23,616 nt of DNA from Gemmatimonadota bacterium (GTDB lineage: Bacteria > Latescibacterota > UBA2968 > UBA8231): NCBI GenBank assembly GCA_038128265.1, contig JAYPJE010000010.1:28849-52464 (forward strand). The letters run 5' to 3'. Shown piece after piece: positions 6,894 through 16,357 of this stretch (position 1 is its first letter; every line of letters starts with the position of its first letter). A program made the position numbers and the translations under genes. The notes beneath the pieces are model-generated. The model was not told where the DNA came from. It saw only the letters and a list, made by a program, of their open reading frames with translations, and did no database searches.

Positions 6894-8195
6894 CTAGCGG
6901 CCGTCGGCCGCTCCCACAGAAGGTAAGTTCTCTAGCCTGGCCAAGCATTCCAACACGGCGCGACCGTTGTGGTAGGGGCTTTTCCAGGCGCTTGCTTTGT
7001 TCCCCGCGGCACGACCGTCAATGCCAATCTCGGCGTGCCAATCGCCCCCCCGCCAATCGACCTGATGCGCCTCGATCCAGTCATAGGTTTTAATGAAAGC
7101 ATCCCAATAGGCCCCATCTCCCGTAAGCTGGTAGAGCGAAAGTAACCCGACCAACCCTTCGGCCTGTACCCACCAAACCTTGTCCCGATCATCGGCAGAA
7201 ATGCCGAGGTCTCCCGCCTCGTAGAAGCCCCCGCGCGCGTGATCAAAGCCATAGCGCAGGGCATTGTCTACCAACAGCCGGTACAGGTCGACCAGGGGCC
7301 CGTTGGGCACGCCTGCTGCGCGACATGCAGTAGCCAACAGCCACGTATTCTCGACGTCGTGGCCGTAGGATACGCGCGCGCGCGGCGCATCGAGCAAGGG
7401 CTTCCAGCGGCGCGTATACTGGTCGGTGCAAGCACCCACTCCTTTGCGCACAACGGCATTACTCTGTATGAGGATGAGTTCGAGCAGCCGCTCACGTGCC
7501 AATTCATCGGCGCTCAGCTCCCAATACGTAGTCAGCGCCTCCATTAGGTGTAGATGCGTATTCATTAGCTTTACGTCGGACGCTACACCCATGTAATGAT
7601 CGCTCTCCGGACCGGGTGCCCAGTCGCGGCGAAACCATTCCGCGTAGCCTCCGTAGGCGGCATCGTGGGCCTTTTCCTCTATCAGATAGAACAGCGAATC
7701 AGCCATGTGCAGAGCTTCGCCGCGGCCGCTGGCCTGGGCATACTCGACGAGCGCATAGAGTGCGAAGGCCTGCCCGTATAGGTGTTTGTTCGAGCGCGTA
7801 GCGACCTTGCCGTTGGCACTGACCGCCCAAAAGAAACCACCAAATGCATCGTCCCATAGCGCGTCGCGCAAAAAGGCATAGCCGTGATCGGCCGCCTGCA
7901 GATGCTCTTGGCTGCCGTACCCGGCGTTATACAGGCGCGAGAAGAACCACAGCGTGCGCGCCTGCACAACCAGCGCCTTATCGGTGGGGCCCTGCCATGC
8001 GCCGCTGGCGTCGTGGTTAAGTCGATAGCCTCCCCCCTCCTCGTCTATCACCTGAGGATACCAGAACGGCAGGATATTTTCGCGCAGCATGCGCTCAAAC
8101 CCGCTGCGCACGCGCTCTACTTCAGCAGCGGTCGGCTGGGCAGCCGCCGGTACAGCAACCACTATCCATGCGAACAACCAAATAAGTATTGCCAT
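6894..8195 (-). CDS. AGE-family epimerase, cellobiose 2-epimerase-like, with predicted signal peptide
   Basis: ENILPFWY, QARTLWFFS, YGQAFALYAL, MNTHLHLMEA, SYGHDVE, WWVQAE and WKSPYHNGRA. Start placed at ATG 8195 (TTG 8207 possible) because a promoter-like element lies at 8228-8255. Confidence 0.88.
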   Translation of the reverse strand: MAILIWLFAWIVVAVPAAAQPTAAEVERVRSGFERMLRENILPFWYPQVIDEEGGGYRLNHDASGAWQGPTDKALVVQARTLWFFSRLYNAGYGSQEHLQAADHGYAFLRDALWDDAFGGFFWAVSANGKVATRSNKHLYGQAFALYALVEYAQASGRGEALHMADSLFYLIEEKAHDAAYGGYAEWFRRDWAPGPESDHYMGVASDVKLMNTHLHLMEALTTYWELSADELARERLLELILIQSNAVVRKGVGACTDQYTRRWKPLLDAPRARVSYGHDVENTWLLATACRAAGVPNGPLVDLYRLLVDNALRYGFDHARGGFYEAGDLGISADDRDKVWWVQAEGLVGLLSLYQLTGDGAYWDAFIKTYDWIEAHQVDWRGGDWHAEIGIDGRAAGNKASAWKSPYHNGRAVLECLARLENLPSVGAADGR

Positions 8196-8227
8196 CGCTT
8201 GCACCAATTTCTCATTTCTTTTCTGCC

Positions 8228-8287
8228 AATCTAAAGTGGGAAACTCAGCGGTCAAGCATTGACACAATTCTTCTCCGATCGTTTACT
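8228..8287. promoter_or_regulatory. Back-to-back divergent sigma-70-like promoters
   Basis: Minus strand TTGACC(8255-8250)-N16-TAGATT(8233-8228). Plus strand TTGACA(8259-8264)-N17-TTTACT(8282-8287). The -35 boxes form the dyad GTCAA-gca-TTGAC. Confidence 0.55.
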
Positions 8288-8332
8288 CATCCACTAGTGG
8301 TGATCCCCCAAACGTCGCCGACGGGAGGCCCA

Positions 8333-9346
8333 ATGCGCATTGCCATCGCAGGACTGCACTACGGACATATTGCCGGCATGCTATCCTCTGCCCGCAGCGC
8401 CCCCAACGCCGAGTGGGTCGGCGTCGTCGAGGCCGATGACGCGCTGTGCCAGCGCCATTTGAACGGCTTGGACATACCTCGCTACGACAGCGTAGAGCAG
8501 TTGCTGGCCACTGCCCGCCCCGAGCTAATCATCGAGGGGTTGCGACACGACGAAAAGGTCGCACTCGTCGAACAATGCGCCGCTGCCGGCGTGCACCTGC
8601 TGCTCGATAAACCCCTGTGCCGCACGTTCGAAGAGTGGGAGCGCATGCGCACGGCGCTGGCCGGCACAGACGTCGAACTTTCCATGTGGTTTACTTCGCG
8701 CGCCTACCCACCTTTTGTCGCCTTGCGCGAGATCGTTGCCGCCGGCGAACTCGGCGAACTGGTCAGCCTCATCTCGACCCATCCGCACAAGCTGCGCCGC
8801 GCGACCGCTACGCCCTGGTACTTTGACCCCGACGTATACGCCGGTACGTTTCACGATCTGGCCTGCCATGGGGTCGACCAAATACGCTGGCTGACGGGCA
8901 GCGAGTGTTCCGGCGTGCACGCCCTGTGGACCTGCAAGCGCTTTACCGACGCCCCCCAACTGATCGACCATGCCCAAGCTTCGTTTCGCCTCGAAAACGG
9001 CTCGTTGGCCACGCTGACCGCCGATTGGCTGACGCCCCAAGCGAGTCCGTCGTTTGGCGACACGCGCTTTATCCTCATGGGCACGCGCGGCTCGGCCCAC
9101 CTGCGCGCCTATGCCGACGACCACCTCTACGTCGTATCGGAGGCAAAGGGCGCCCACACACCAACGCTACCCGAAGGCCGCGGCCAGCGCGTTGTTGAGG
9201 ACTTGATCACTGCAATAGAGCGCGGCCAAAAGCCCCCCATCGACAAACGCGATGTGCTCTCCGTAGCCCTGGCCTGCCTGCGCGCCCAAGAGTCGGCAGG
9301 CAAAGACGGGCAGTGGACAGAGATCGAGCCATTTGCACTTGACTAA
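8333..9346 (+). CDS. Gfo/Idh/MocA family NAD(P)-dependent oxidoreductase
   Basis: Start MRIAIAGLHYGH at 8333 after a GGGAGG RBS. HLLLDKPL (EKP-like motif) and GTFHDLACHGVD. Confidence 0.9.
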   Translation: MRIAIAGLHYGHIAGMLSSARSAPNAEWVGVVEADDALCQRHLNGLDIPRYDSVEQLLATARPELIIEGLRHDEKVALVEQCAAAGVHLLLDKPLCRTFEEWERMRTALAGTDVELSMWFTSRAYPPFVALREIVAAGELGELVSLISTHPHKLRRATATPWYFDPDVYAGTFHDLACHGVDQIRWLTGSECSGVHALWTCKRFTDAPQLIDHAQASFRLENGSLATLTADWLTPQASPSFGDTRFILMGTRGSAHLRAYADDHLYVVSEAKGAHTPTLPEGRGQRVVEDLITAIERGQKPPIDKRDVLSVALACLRAQESAGKDGQWTEIEPFALD

Positions 9347-9355
9347 CCACGTACA

Positions 9356-10663
9356 GTGGGCGCTTGTGGAACGCGAGCGACCTTGAAGGGAAACACTAAA
9401 CGCATATACGCCTGGGCGCTATACGACTGGGCAAACTCGGCCTTTGCCACCACCGTTATGGCTGGTTTCTTTCCCGCCTTCTTCAAGCAGTATTGGGGCA
9501 GCGGCATAGACGATAGTTCGAGCACTCTATACTTGGGTTTGGCCAACTCGCTCAGCAGCATCGTCGTCGTCCTCGTCGCACCCCTTCTTGGGGCCATGGC
9601 CGATCGCAGCAACCAGCGCCGGCGCTTCCTAGCGATATTTGCCTTTACCGGCGCGCTTATGACCGGTTGTCTACACCTAGTGGAGCACGGCAACTGGCAA
9701 TCGGCCGCGCTCGTCTACGTGGCGGCAACGGTCGGCTTCTCCCTAGCCAACACCTTCTATGACTCCCTGCTGGGATTTGTTGCTCCGAGCGAAAAAGTCG
9801 ACGCGATTTCTGCACTTGGCTACGGCGTGGGGTATTTTGGTGGCGGCCTGCTCTTTGCTGCCAACCTGTATGTGGTCATACACCCACAGGCCGTCGGCTT
9901 ACCCGATGCGGCTGCGGCCGTGCGCTGGTCTTTCCTCAGCGTAGCGCTGTGGTGGATTCTATTTACCTTGCCCATTTTGCTCTTTGTTAAAGAAGGCGCG
10001 CCCGCACAACGGGAGCGCCCCAGGGGGTGGTCCTCCTTGGTCGGCGGCTATCGCCAGCTGCACGAAACGCTCTCGCATATCCGTCAGTTGCCGCACCTGC
10101 TCACCTTTCTACTGGCCTACTGGCTTTACATCGATGGGGTTGATACGGTCGTGCGCATGGCCGTCGATTATGGACTGTCGCTCGGTTTTGGCCGCGACAG
10201 CCTGCTCACCGCCCTGCTCATCACGCAGTTTGTCGGTTTCCCCTCGGCCATCGCCTTTGCCCTTATAAGCAACCGCATTGGCACGCGCAGCAGTCTCTTT
10301 ATAGGAATTGCCTTCTACATCGGCGCAACCGTCTGGGCCTACTTTATCGAAGCCGTATGGGAGTTTTACGGCATAGCCGTCGTTGTCGGCCTCGTGCAGG
10401 GGGGCGTGCAGGCGCTGAGTCGCTCGCTCTACCAGCGCCTCATCCCTCCCGGTAAGACGGCCGAGTTTTTTGGTTTCTACAATATGCTCGGGAAATTTGC
10501 CGCTGTGTTGGGTCCCATTCTCATGGGATGGACGAGCGTTCTGTTGGGCTCGCCGCGCGCTTCAATCCTCTCCATCCTCGTGCTCTTTGTCGGCGGCGCC
10601 TTGCTACTGGCCAAAGTCAACATAGAGCAGGGCCAGCGGCAAGCGCAGACCTTTATGCACTAA
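9356..10663 (+). CDS. MFS transporter, UMF1/Atg22-like family
   Basis: AWALYDWANSAF, PLLGAMAD, FYDSLL, ISALGYGVGYFGG, QALSRSLY and EFFGFYNMLGKFAAVLGP; about 12 TM segments. Exact start uncertain. Confidence 0.9.
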   Translation: MGACGTRATLKGNTKRIYAWALYDWANSAFATTVMAGFFPAFFKQYWGSGIDDSSSTLYLGLANSLSSIVVVLVAPLLGAMADRSNQRRRFLAIFAFTGALMTGCLHLVEHGNWQSAALVYVAATVGFSLANTFYDSLLGFVAPSEKVDAISALGYGVGYFGGGLLFAANLYVVIHPQAVGLPDAAAAVRWSFLSVALWWILFTLPILLFVKEGAPAQRERPRGWSSLVGGYRQLHETLSHIRQLPHLLTFLLAYWLYIDGVDTVVRMAVDYGLSLGFGRDSLLTALLITQFVGFPSAIAFALISNRIGTRSSLFIGIAFYIGATVWAYFIEAVWEFYGIAVVVGLVQGGVQALSRSLYQRLIPPGKTAEFFGFYNMLGKFAAVLGPILMGWTSVLLGSPRASILSILVLFVGGALLLAKVNIEQGQRQAQTFMH

Positions 10664-11839
10664 TCAAGGGGCGCAAAAACGCAGCGCCGTCAGCGCATAG
10701 ACGCGGGCTACGCGGACCAATTCAGCTACGGCTACGCGTTCCTCGGTGGTATGTGCACCCAATCCGGCGGGACCGTGCGTGAGAGCCGTTATGCCCCCCC
10801 GCGCAACAAAGTGGTTGCCGTCGTCGACAAAGGGCTTGGCCCCGACGGGCAGTGCCCGCCCGACAACGCGGCTATGGGCACTCTGAAAAGCCTCTACAAG
10901 CGGGTCTTCTTCACGAATGCGAAACGCGTCTCCCGTCACCTCCCATTCGGACACGGATAGGCGCGTCCCGCTGCGTTCGGCGAGTTTTGCAAGAATCCCA
11001 TCAAACTCGGTGCGCACCGCATCGACGGCCCCCGGACGCACCCAGCGACGGGTTCCTTCTATGCGGCAGCGGACCGGTGATTGGTTGAAAATCTGGCCGC
11101 TTTCAACCCGTCCAACAAAGGCCGATTCGCGCCCCACGTGTTCGACCTGCATGTCGGCGAGGCGCTCGTCGAGCGCGCGCATCTGCAGCACGAATTGGGC
11201 TCCTGTGCCAATGACATCGGGCAGGCCCGGCGGGCGCAGCACCTCGTGCACGGGCTCGCCATCGCGCTCTATATCAACGGCAAATATGGCCTGTCCGCGC
11301 CCGCCTAGCGGGAGGAGGTGAGCCAGGTATTCGGGCAGCAGCACGCCGTCGCCTATGCAGCCCTCATCGATCATAGCTAACAGCTGTCGCCGGTCGCCCC
11401 AGGGCCCCTCATGGTGATCGTGCGCCGTCAGCAAGACGCCCCCTTCCTGCAGCGCATCGCTGTCGCGCAGCGCGCGCAGGGCCTCTACGGCAGCGGCTAT
11501 ACCGCCCTTCATATCGGAAGCGCCCGAGCCGCAGAGATACCCATCGACCACGCTTGGGCCGACAAAGGGTAGGTGCACCGTGTCGAGATGGCCGTCAAAC
11601 TGCAGCAGGCGCCCTCCTTCGCTTGCGCGATGGCGCACAACCACGGCCGGTGCCGTTGGCCAGTTGGCCACAGGGCGCTCCACGACAAAGCCATCGGCAT
11701 CGAGCAGTTCGGCCAGCCGATGGGCCGCCGCACCGGCCTCCAAGGTCGGGCTGGGCACTTCGACCAGCGCCGTGGCCGTAGCCAACAGGCGCTCTTCGTC
11801 GATGTGCGCCAGCGCCTCTTCCTCGCGATTTCTTCCCAT
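10664..11839 (-). CDS. M20/ArgE-DapE family metallo-hydrolase
   Basis: DGHLDTV, GSGASDMKGG, GPAGLGAHTTEE, plus a dimerisation domain. The canonical DEE motif appears as DHHE. Confidence 0.88.
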   Translation of the reverse strand: MGRNREEEALAHIDEERLLATATALVEVPSPTLEAGAAAHRLAELLDADGFVVERPVANWPTAPAVVVRHRASEGGRLLQFDGHLDTVHLPFVGPSVVDGYLCGSGASDMKGGIAAAVEALRALRDSDALQEGGVLLTAHDHHEGPWGDRRQLLAMIDEGCIGDGVLLPEYLAHLLPLGGRGQAIFAVDIERDGEPVHEVLRPPGLPDVIGTGAQFVLQMRALDERLADMQVEHVGRESAFVGRVESGQIFNQSPVRCRIEGTRRWVRPGAVDAVRTEFDGILAKLAERSGTRLSVSEWEVTGDAFRIREEDPLVEAFQSAHSRVVGRALPVGAKPFVDDGNHFVARGGITALTHGPAGLGAHTTEERVAVAELVRVARVYALTALRFCAP

Positions 11840-11863
11840 GGCAGATTCCCTCGTTTGAGTTGC

Positions 11864-12979
11864 CTATGCTATGCTCACTTCGCCATCGCGCAGGCCCAGC
11901 GGCAGCGCTGCAGGACGCTGGCAGGTGCTCTTTACCTTCAGGCTCCTGCCGGCATCGGCTGCGTCGTGAAAGGCGTGCATAAGATCGAGCACGTGGTAGG
12001 TCAACGCGCCGCTAGCTCGGTGCAATCGGCCCGTGCGCAGCGCGTTGGCCATATCGGCTACGCCCAAGCTACGCGCATTTTCATTGTAGCCGTGCGTCAG
12101 CGGGACCTCTTTCCACTCGTCGCGCCCCCGCTTGTACTTGACGGTGCCGCCAAAGCCGTTGGGATCGGGCACGCTCAGCGAACCCTCCGTGCCGTAGACC
12201 TCTATGCGCGGTAGCTCGGCACCCCATACGTCGAAGCTCGTGGTGATCTGACCAACGGCTCCGCTGGCAAATTCCATAATGCCGACGATGTGCGTCGCCG
12301 TTTCGACGGGGATGACCTTGCCGAACTTCTTCTCGCTCGTAATCGTGCGTTCGGGAAAGGTGATGCGCGTGCAGCCGCTCACCTTGGCCACCGGCCCCAT
12401 CATATTGACCAGCGCCGTCAGATAGTACGGGCCCATGTCGAACATCGGCCCTCCCCCGCGCTCGTAGTAAAATTCCGGATCGGGATGCCAACTCTCGTGA
12501 CCGTGGCCCATCATAAAGGCATTGGCTGCGATCGGCTGGCCAATCCACCCATCATCGATCAGCTTGCGGCAGGTCTGATGCCCACCGCCGAGAAACGTAT
12601 CGGGCGCCCCGCCGACCAGCAGCCCCTTCTTCTCGGCCAGATCCAGCATGGCCTGTGCCTCTTCGCGCTCTACGGCCAGCGGCTTTTCGTTGTACACGCT
12701 TTTGCCGGCCTGCAGCGCCTGCAGCGCGACGCTGCCGTGCGCCTTGGGCACCGTCAAGTTGATAACGATTTCAATCGACTTGTCAGCCAGAAGCTGTTTA
12801 ACCGTGCAGGCACGCGGTATGTCAAACTCTTCCGCTCGCTCTTTGGCGCGCTTGCGATCCAGGTCGGCGCAGGCAGCTATTTCAATATCGCGAAAGGTCT
12901 TGCCGATGCGCATATAGGCTGCACTTATAGCCCCACAGCCAATAATTCCAACTTTTACAGGTCCCTTTTTCTTCGCCAT
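11864..12979 (-). CDS. Gfo/Idh/MocA family oxidoreductase
   Basis: [56 protein letters not shown]. Confidence 0.94.
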   Translation of the reverse strand: MAKKKGPVKVGIIGCGAISAAYMRIGKTFRDIEIAACADLDRKRAKERAEEFDIPRACTVKQLLADKSIEIVINLTVPKAHGSVALQALQAGKSVYNEKPLAVEREEAQAMLDLAEKKGLLVGGAPDTFLGGGHQTCRKLIDDGWIGQPIAANAFMMGHGHESWHPDPEFYYERGGGPMFDMGPYYLTALVNMMGPVAKVSGCTRITFPERTITSEKKFGKVIPVETATHIVGIMEFASGAVGQITTSFDVWGAELPRIEVYGTEGSLSVPDPNGFGGTVKYKRGRDEWKEVPLTHGYNENARSLGVADMANALRTGRLHRASGALTYHVLDLMHAFHDAADAGRSLKVKSTCQRPAALPLGLRDGEVSIA

Positions 12980-13041
12980 TGCATCCTCTTTTTACGTATT
13001 TGTTTACCCGCAAACCTATGCCTCATTGGCCTCGGCTCGCT

Positions 13042-13070
13042 AGTATATGGATTGCACCCAGTACGAGCAA
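13042..13070 (-). promoter_or_regulatory. Putative sigma-70 promoter for the Gfo/Idh/MocA-M20 pair
   Basis: TTGCTC(13070-13065)-N17-TATACT(13047-13042). Confidence 0.55.
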
Positions 13071-13072
13071 TC

Positions 13073-13972
13073 TCAGCGCAGCACCTGCAGGCGCACCGAG
13101 TCGACCAGCGCCGAGCCAAAGTAGCCAATGCCGTCGCCCTCAACGGTAAAGTCCGCCTCATGAAAATTGCCGTCGGCTTCCTGCACCTGGTCGTGTGTTT
13201 GGATAAAGCGGGCATAGTTTTCGTCTGCCGCATAGACATACGCATCATAATCCCCGTAAAACCACAGGTCGAACCACGAGACTTCAATTGTCGAAATGCC
13301 CCCTTCGCTCGGCGTATTTTGAATCCAATCCCAGCGAAATCGAAATTCGTCGAGACGATCCTCCACGTCCTGCCGACTCTGCTGGGTAAACGGGTTTTCG
13401 TAGACAAAGTTGGCACTGGTAGCTACGCGTGGACGCAGCGTGAGCAGATAGAAGCGACTGCTCGGCGATCGCTCGATTGAAAGTGTAAAGTTGATCGGAT
13501 CGCCGCCCTCGTCCAGCGGGCGATACGGCATGGCGGGTCGGTTGACCTCGTCAATGCGAAAACCGGCCTCGGGCACCGTAGTCACCGCGCGCGCGCGCAG
13601 AGGGGTACCATCCACGCTGGCGCTCACCTCCAGCGCATAGGTTCCACCAGGCACGATCTGCAGATCGCTACCGGGGTAGTAAAACAGGCGGTCTTCGACC
13701 CGATCGGCTTCCCGCAGTGCCAGCGCATAGGACCGACCACTCGCCCCGTCGGTCAAGTGGACCTGCACATCGGCGGGAATCAGGCCGTCGCCGCGTATGC
13801 GCTCGTCAACGCGGACATTGCGCGTAATGCGAATGCCTTCTACGCCCACTCCAGGCCGCAGCAACCCCTCGATTACGAGGCGCGGCTCGTAGCTAGTATT
13901 CGACACGGAAAAATCGCCCCCACCGCAACCGAACAGGCCGAACCAAAGCAGCAAACCCAGATAGGAGTACAT
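13073..13972 (-). CDS. DUF4249-like lipoprotein, partner of the TonB-dependent receptor
   Basis: Lipobox-like LFG-C, YEPRLVIEGLL near the N-terminus, VEGDGIGYFGS near the C-terminus; 3 nt downstream of the TBDR gene. Confidence 0.72.
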   Translation of the reverse strand: MYSYLGLLLWFGLFGCGGGDFSVSNTSYEPRLVIEGLLRPGVGVEGIRITRNVRVDERIRGDGLIPADVQVHLTDGASGRSYALALREADRVEDRLFYYPGSDLQIVPGGTYALEVSASVDGTPLRARAVTTVPEAGFRIDEVNRPAMPYRPLDEGGDPINFTLSIERSPSSRFYLLTLRPRVATSANFVYENPFTQQSRQDVEDRLDEFRFRWDWIQNTPSEGGISTIEVSWFDLWFYGDYDAYVYAADENYARFIQTHDQVQEADGNFHEADFTVEGDGIGYFGSALVDSVRLQVLR

Positions 13973-13975
13973 GGT

Positions 13976-16357
13976 TCAGAACTCGATGCGCAGCCCGCAC
14001 GTGGGCAGGATGGGAAACATCCCGACCTCGTCAACTTCGGGCTGACTGTTGGCAAAGTCGTAGTCGATAAACCAGGTATTGCGTCGATTGCCAACGTTGA
14101 AAATCTGCAGGTAGGGCATCATCTGCCATGAACCATAATTGCGCTGCCATTCCAGACTCACATCCAGCCGCACATAGGCTGGCAGGCGCACGCCGTTTAT
14201 CCGCGTCGGCGCGTAAAATACGCTGACTTGCGGATCGCTCGGCGCCATGGAAGCAACGTACGCCGAACCAGGTTCCGTGATCGGCTGTCCCGTCGAATAG
14301 ACCATATTGGCACCGAAAAACCAGCGCCTCTGCCCGCTTCGCAGCGCCTTGGATAGGTCGATGCGGGCAACGGCGTTGAGCGTAGAAGTGCGATCGTGGC
14401 GCGGACTAAAAGAACGTCCGCCGTTGACCTCTGCAAAGACGTGGCGCGTGCGCGCTAGCGAATAGCCAACCCATCCACTTAGAGGGCCGGCATCCTTGCG
14501 CAGGAGTATCTCAAATCCGCTGGAATAGCCGTCCCCCACATTGAACAACCCCCGGGTGCTGGATATAGTAGGTCTATCCCGCTCGTCGAACTCCGACGCC
14601 TCTACAGCACCTAAATACGCGCGGTTGAATTGGTAGATATCGCTATAGCGCTTGTGGAATGCTTCCACTTCGAGCTGCCCCACTCGATGCCATTCGCGCT
14701 GGTAGCCAACGATGTAGTGCACGGCGCGAGACGCCCCCTGATGCGCGTTGGCTGCCGTCCATATATCGGCGGCGATAAAGCGCGGCACCCGGTGCACGTA
14801 TTGGTGATAGACCCCGGTAGCTACTTTTACCATGGATGACTCTGTCAGGCGGTACTTCAGCGCTATGCGCGGTTCGATATGATGCAGTTCTACAGCGCCT
14901 CTATAGCGGCTGTAGCGAACTCCTCCCAGCACATCCCCCAGGCCCCCGCGGGGGTTCCAGCGAATTGCCCCATAGAGCGCAGCCTGCTCGGGATGGTCGC
15001 GCACGTCGATTTTTCCAGATAGAAAATCCTGGGCATAGCGCGACTGCAGCCGCTTCCATTCGTAGCCGGCTTCAGCGCGCATCGACGAACTCCGATCATA
15101 CTGGACGTGGCCCTTTAGCGTGACGTCGTTTACCCCATTGCGCTCCTCTATCGAACCTTCAGAAAAGGCAAAGTCCGAGGCAAAGCGCGATGTCGTCAGC
15201 CCGAATTGACCGAAGAAGCGCGGTGTAAATACGCGCACGTAGCGCGCACTCGCCGTCTGGTTTTGCCAGGCGACGCCAAAGCCGCTTTTGTTTTTGGATG
15301 CTCCGCCATAGGTGATATCGAGCACATCGCGGCCGCCGAAAAATCCCAGTGTCAGCCTGTCGACATCACTCAGGTCGACCGTGGCCTTAATATGGCCGTC
15401 GTAGAAGTAGTAGTCGGGAATATCATCCGAGCGGCGGCCTATGGTCTGGTCAAAATAGGTTCGACGGAGCGAACCCGACAGCGAACCGCGCGTTCCAAGC
15501 GGGGTCTGCAAGGTGGATTTGACGGAGAGCAAACTGATCGCTACAACGCCCTGAAAGCGCTCTCGGCTGCCGTCGACATTCGCTACGTCGAGCACCGATG
15601 ACAGACGCCCTCCCCGCTCTGGGCCGAAGCCTCCTTTTGAAAGTTCGACCTGCTTTATGGCATCTGTGTTAAACGTCGAGAACAGACCAAACGCGTGTTC
15701 GGGACTGTAGACTTCAGCCCCGTCGATAAGGTAGAGGTTTTGGTCGGGCGTGCCCCCGCGCACGTAGAGCGCCGAGGAAAAATCGGATAGGGGTACGATA
15801 CCGGGCAGCGTGGCGAGCGAACGCAGCAGGTCCGCCTCGGCAAAGGGGGGAACCTGTTCGATATCCCGCGGCGCTAGATGGACCGTTGAAACAGTGCGGG
15901 CGAAGAGCCTGTCGGCCATGCGCAGCGAATCGCCCCGCACCAGCACCTCCTCGGCCTGCAGCGCTTTAGCGTCGAGAAATAGATCGATTCGAACGTGTCC
16001 ACCGGCCCCCACTATGACGGACTGCACAACGTCTTCAAAGCCAATAAACGAGGCGACGAGGGGCCAGCGACCAGCCGGCACGTCGGGAATGACAAAATAC
16101 CCGCTCTCGTTGCTGATCGACCCCAGCCCCAGGCCGCGCACCGATACGCTGGCACGGATCAGCGCCTCGCCATCGGCGCGGCTGTAGACAAACCCGCTAA
16201 TCGTCCCACTACCTTCTTCGGCACCCAGCGCGCGACAGCAGGCCAACAGCAGCGCGAAAATCCACACCCGCCCGCTAGGCGACGTCGCCTGCCCGCGGGT
16301 AGCCAAACGGCGCACCGCTACACGGCAGCGACCCTCAGGCGCTGAGCGCCAGCGCAT
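13976..16357 (-). CDS. TonB-dependent receptor with N-terminal carboxypeptidase-regulatory-like domain
   Basis: GTISGFV...GEALIRASV...SNESGYF, plug domain EADLLRSLATLPG...LYVRGGTPDQNLYLIDG, GGRLSSVLDV, RLPAYVRLDV, terminal LRIEF. The true start may lie somewhat downstream of 16357. Confidence 0.93.
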   Translation of the reverse strand: MRWRSAPEGRCRVAVRRLATRGQATSPSGRVWIFALLLACCRALGAEEGSGTISGFVYSRADGEALIRASVSVRGLGLGSISNESGYFVIPDVPAGRWPLVASFIGFEDVVQSVIVGAGGHVRIDLFLDAKALQAEEVLVRGDSLRMADRLFARTVSTVHLAPRDIEQVPPFAEADLLRSLATLPGIVPLSDFSSALYVRGGTPDQNLYLIDGAEVYSPEHAFGLFSTFNTDAIKQVELSKGGFGPERGGRLSSVLDVANVDGSRERFQGVVAISLLSVKSTLQTPLGTRGSLSGSLRRTYFDQTIGRRSDDIPDYYFYDGHIKATVDLSDVDRLTLGFFGGRDVLDITYGGASKNKSGFGVAWQNQTASARYVRVFTPRFFGQFGLTTSRFASDFAFSEGSIEERNGVNDVTLKGHVQYDRSSSMRAEAGYEWKRLQSRYAQDFLSGKIDVRDHPEQAALYGAIRWNPRGGLGDVLGGVRYSRYRGAVELHHIEPRIALKYRLTESSMVKVATGVYHQYVHRVPRFIAADIWTAANAHQGASRAVHYIVGYQREWHRVGQLEVEAFHKRYSDIYQFNRAYLGAVEASEFDERDRPTISSTRGLFNVGDGYSSGFEILLRKDAGPLSGWVGYSLARTRHVFAEVNGGRSFSPRHDRTSTLNAVARIDLSKALRSGQRRWFFGANMVYSTGQPITEPGSAYVASMAPSDPQVSVFYAPTRINGVRLPAYVRLDVSLEWQRNYGSWQMMPYLQIFNVGNRRNTWFIDYDFANSQPEVDEVGMFPILPTCGLRIEF

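Noticed and set aside
8189..8332. Overlapping N-terminal extensions of the epimerase (to 8267) and Gfo/Idh/MocA (from 8189)
   Set aside because: Better starts at 8195 and 8333 (the latter with GGGAGG) leave an intergenic region containing promoter-like elements.
12290..13480. 396-aa plus-strand ORF spanning the Gfo/Idh/MocA and lipoprotein genes
   Set aside because: Antisense shadow of two well-supported genes, with no family features.
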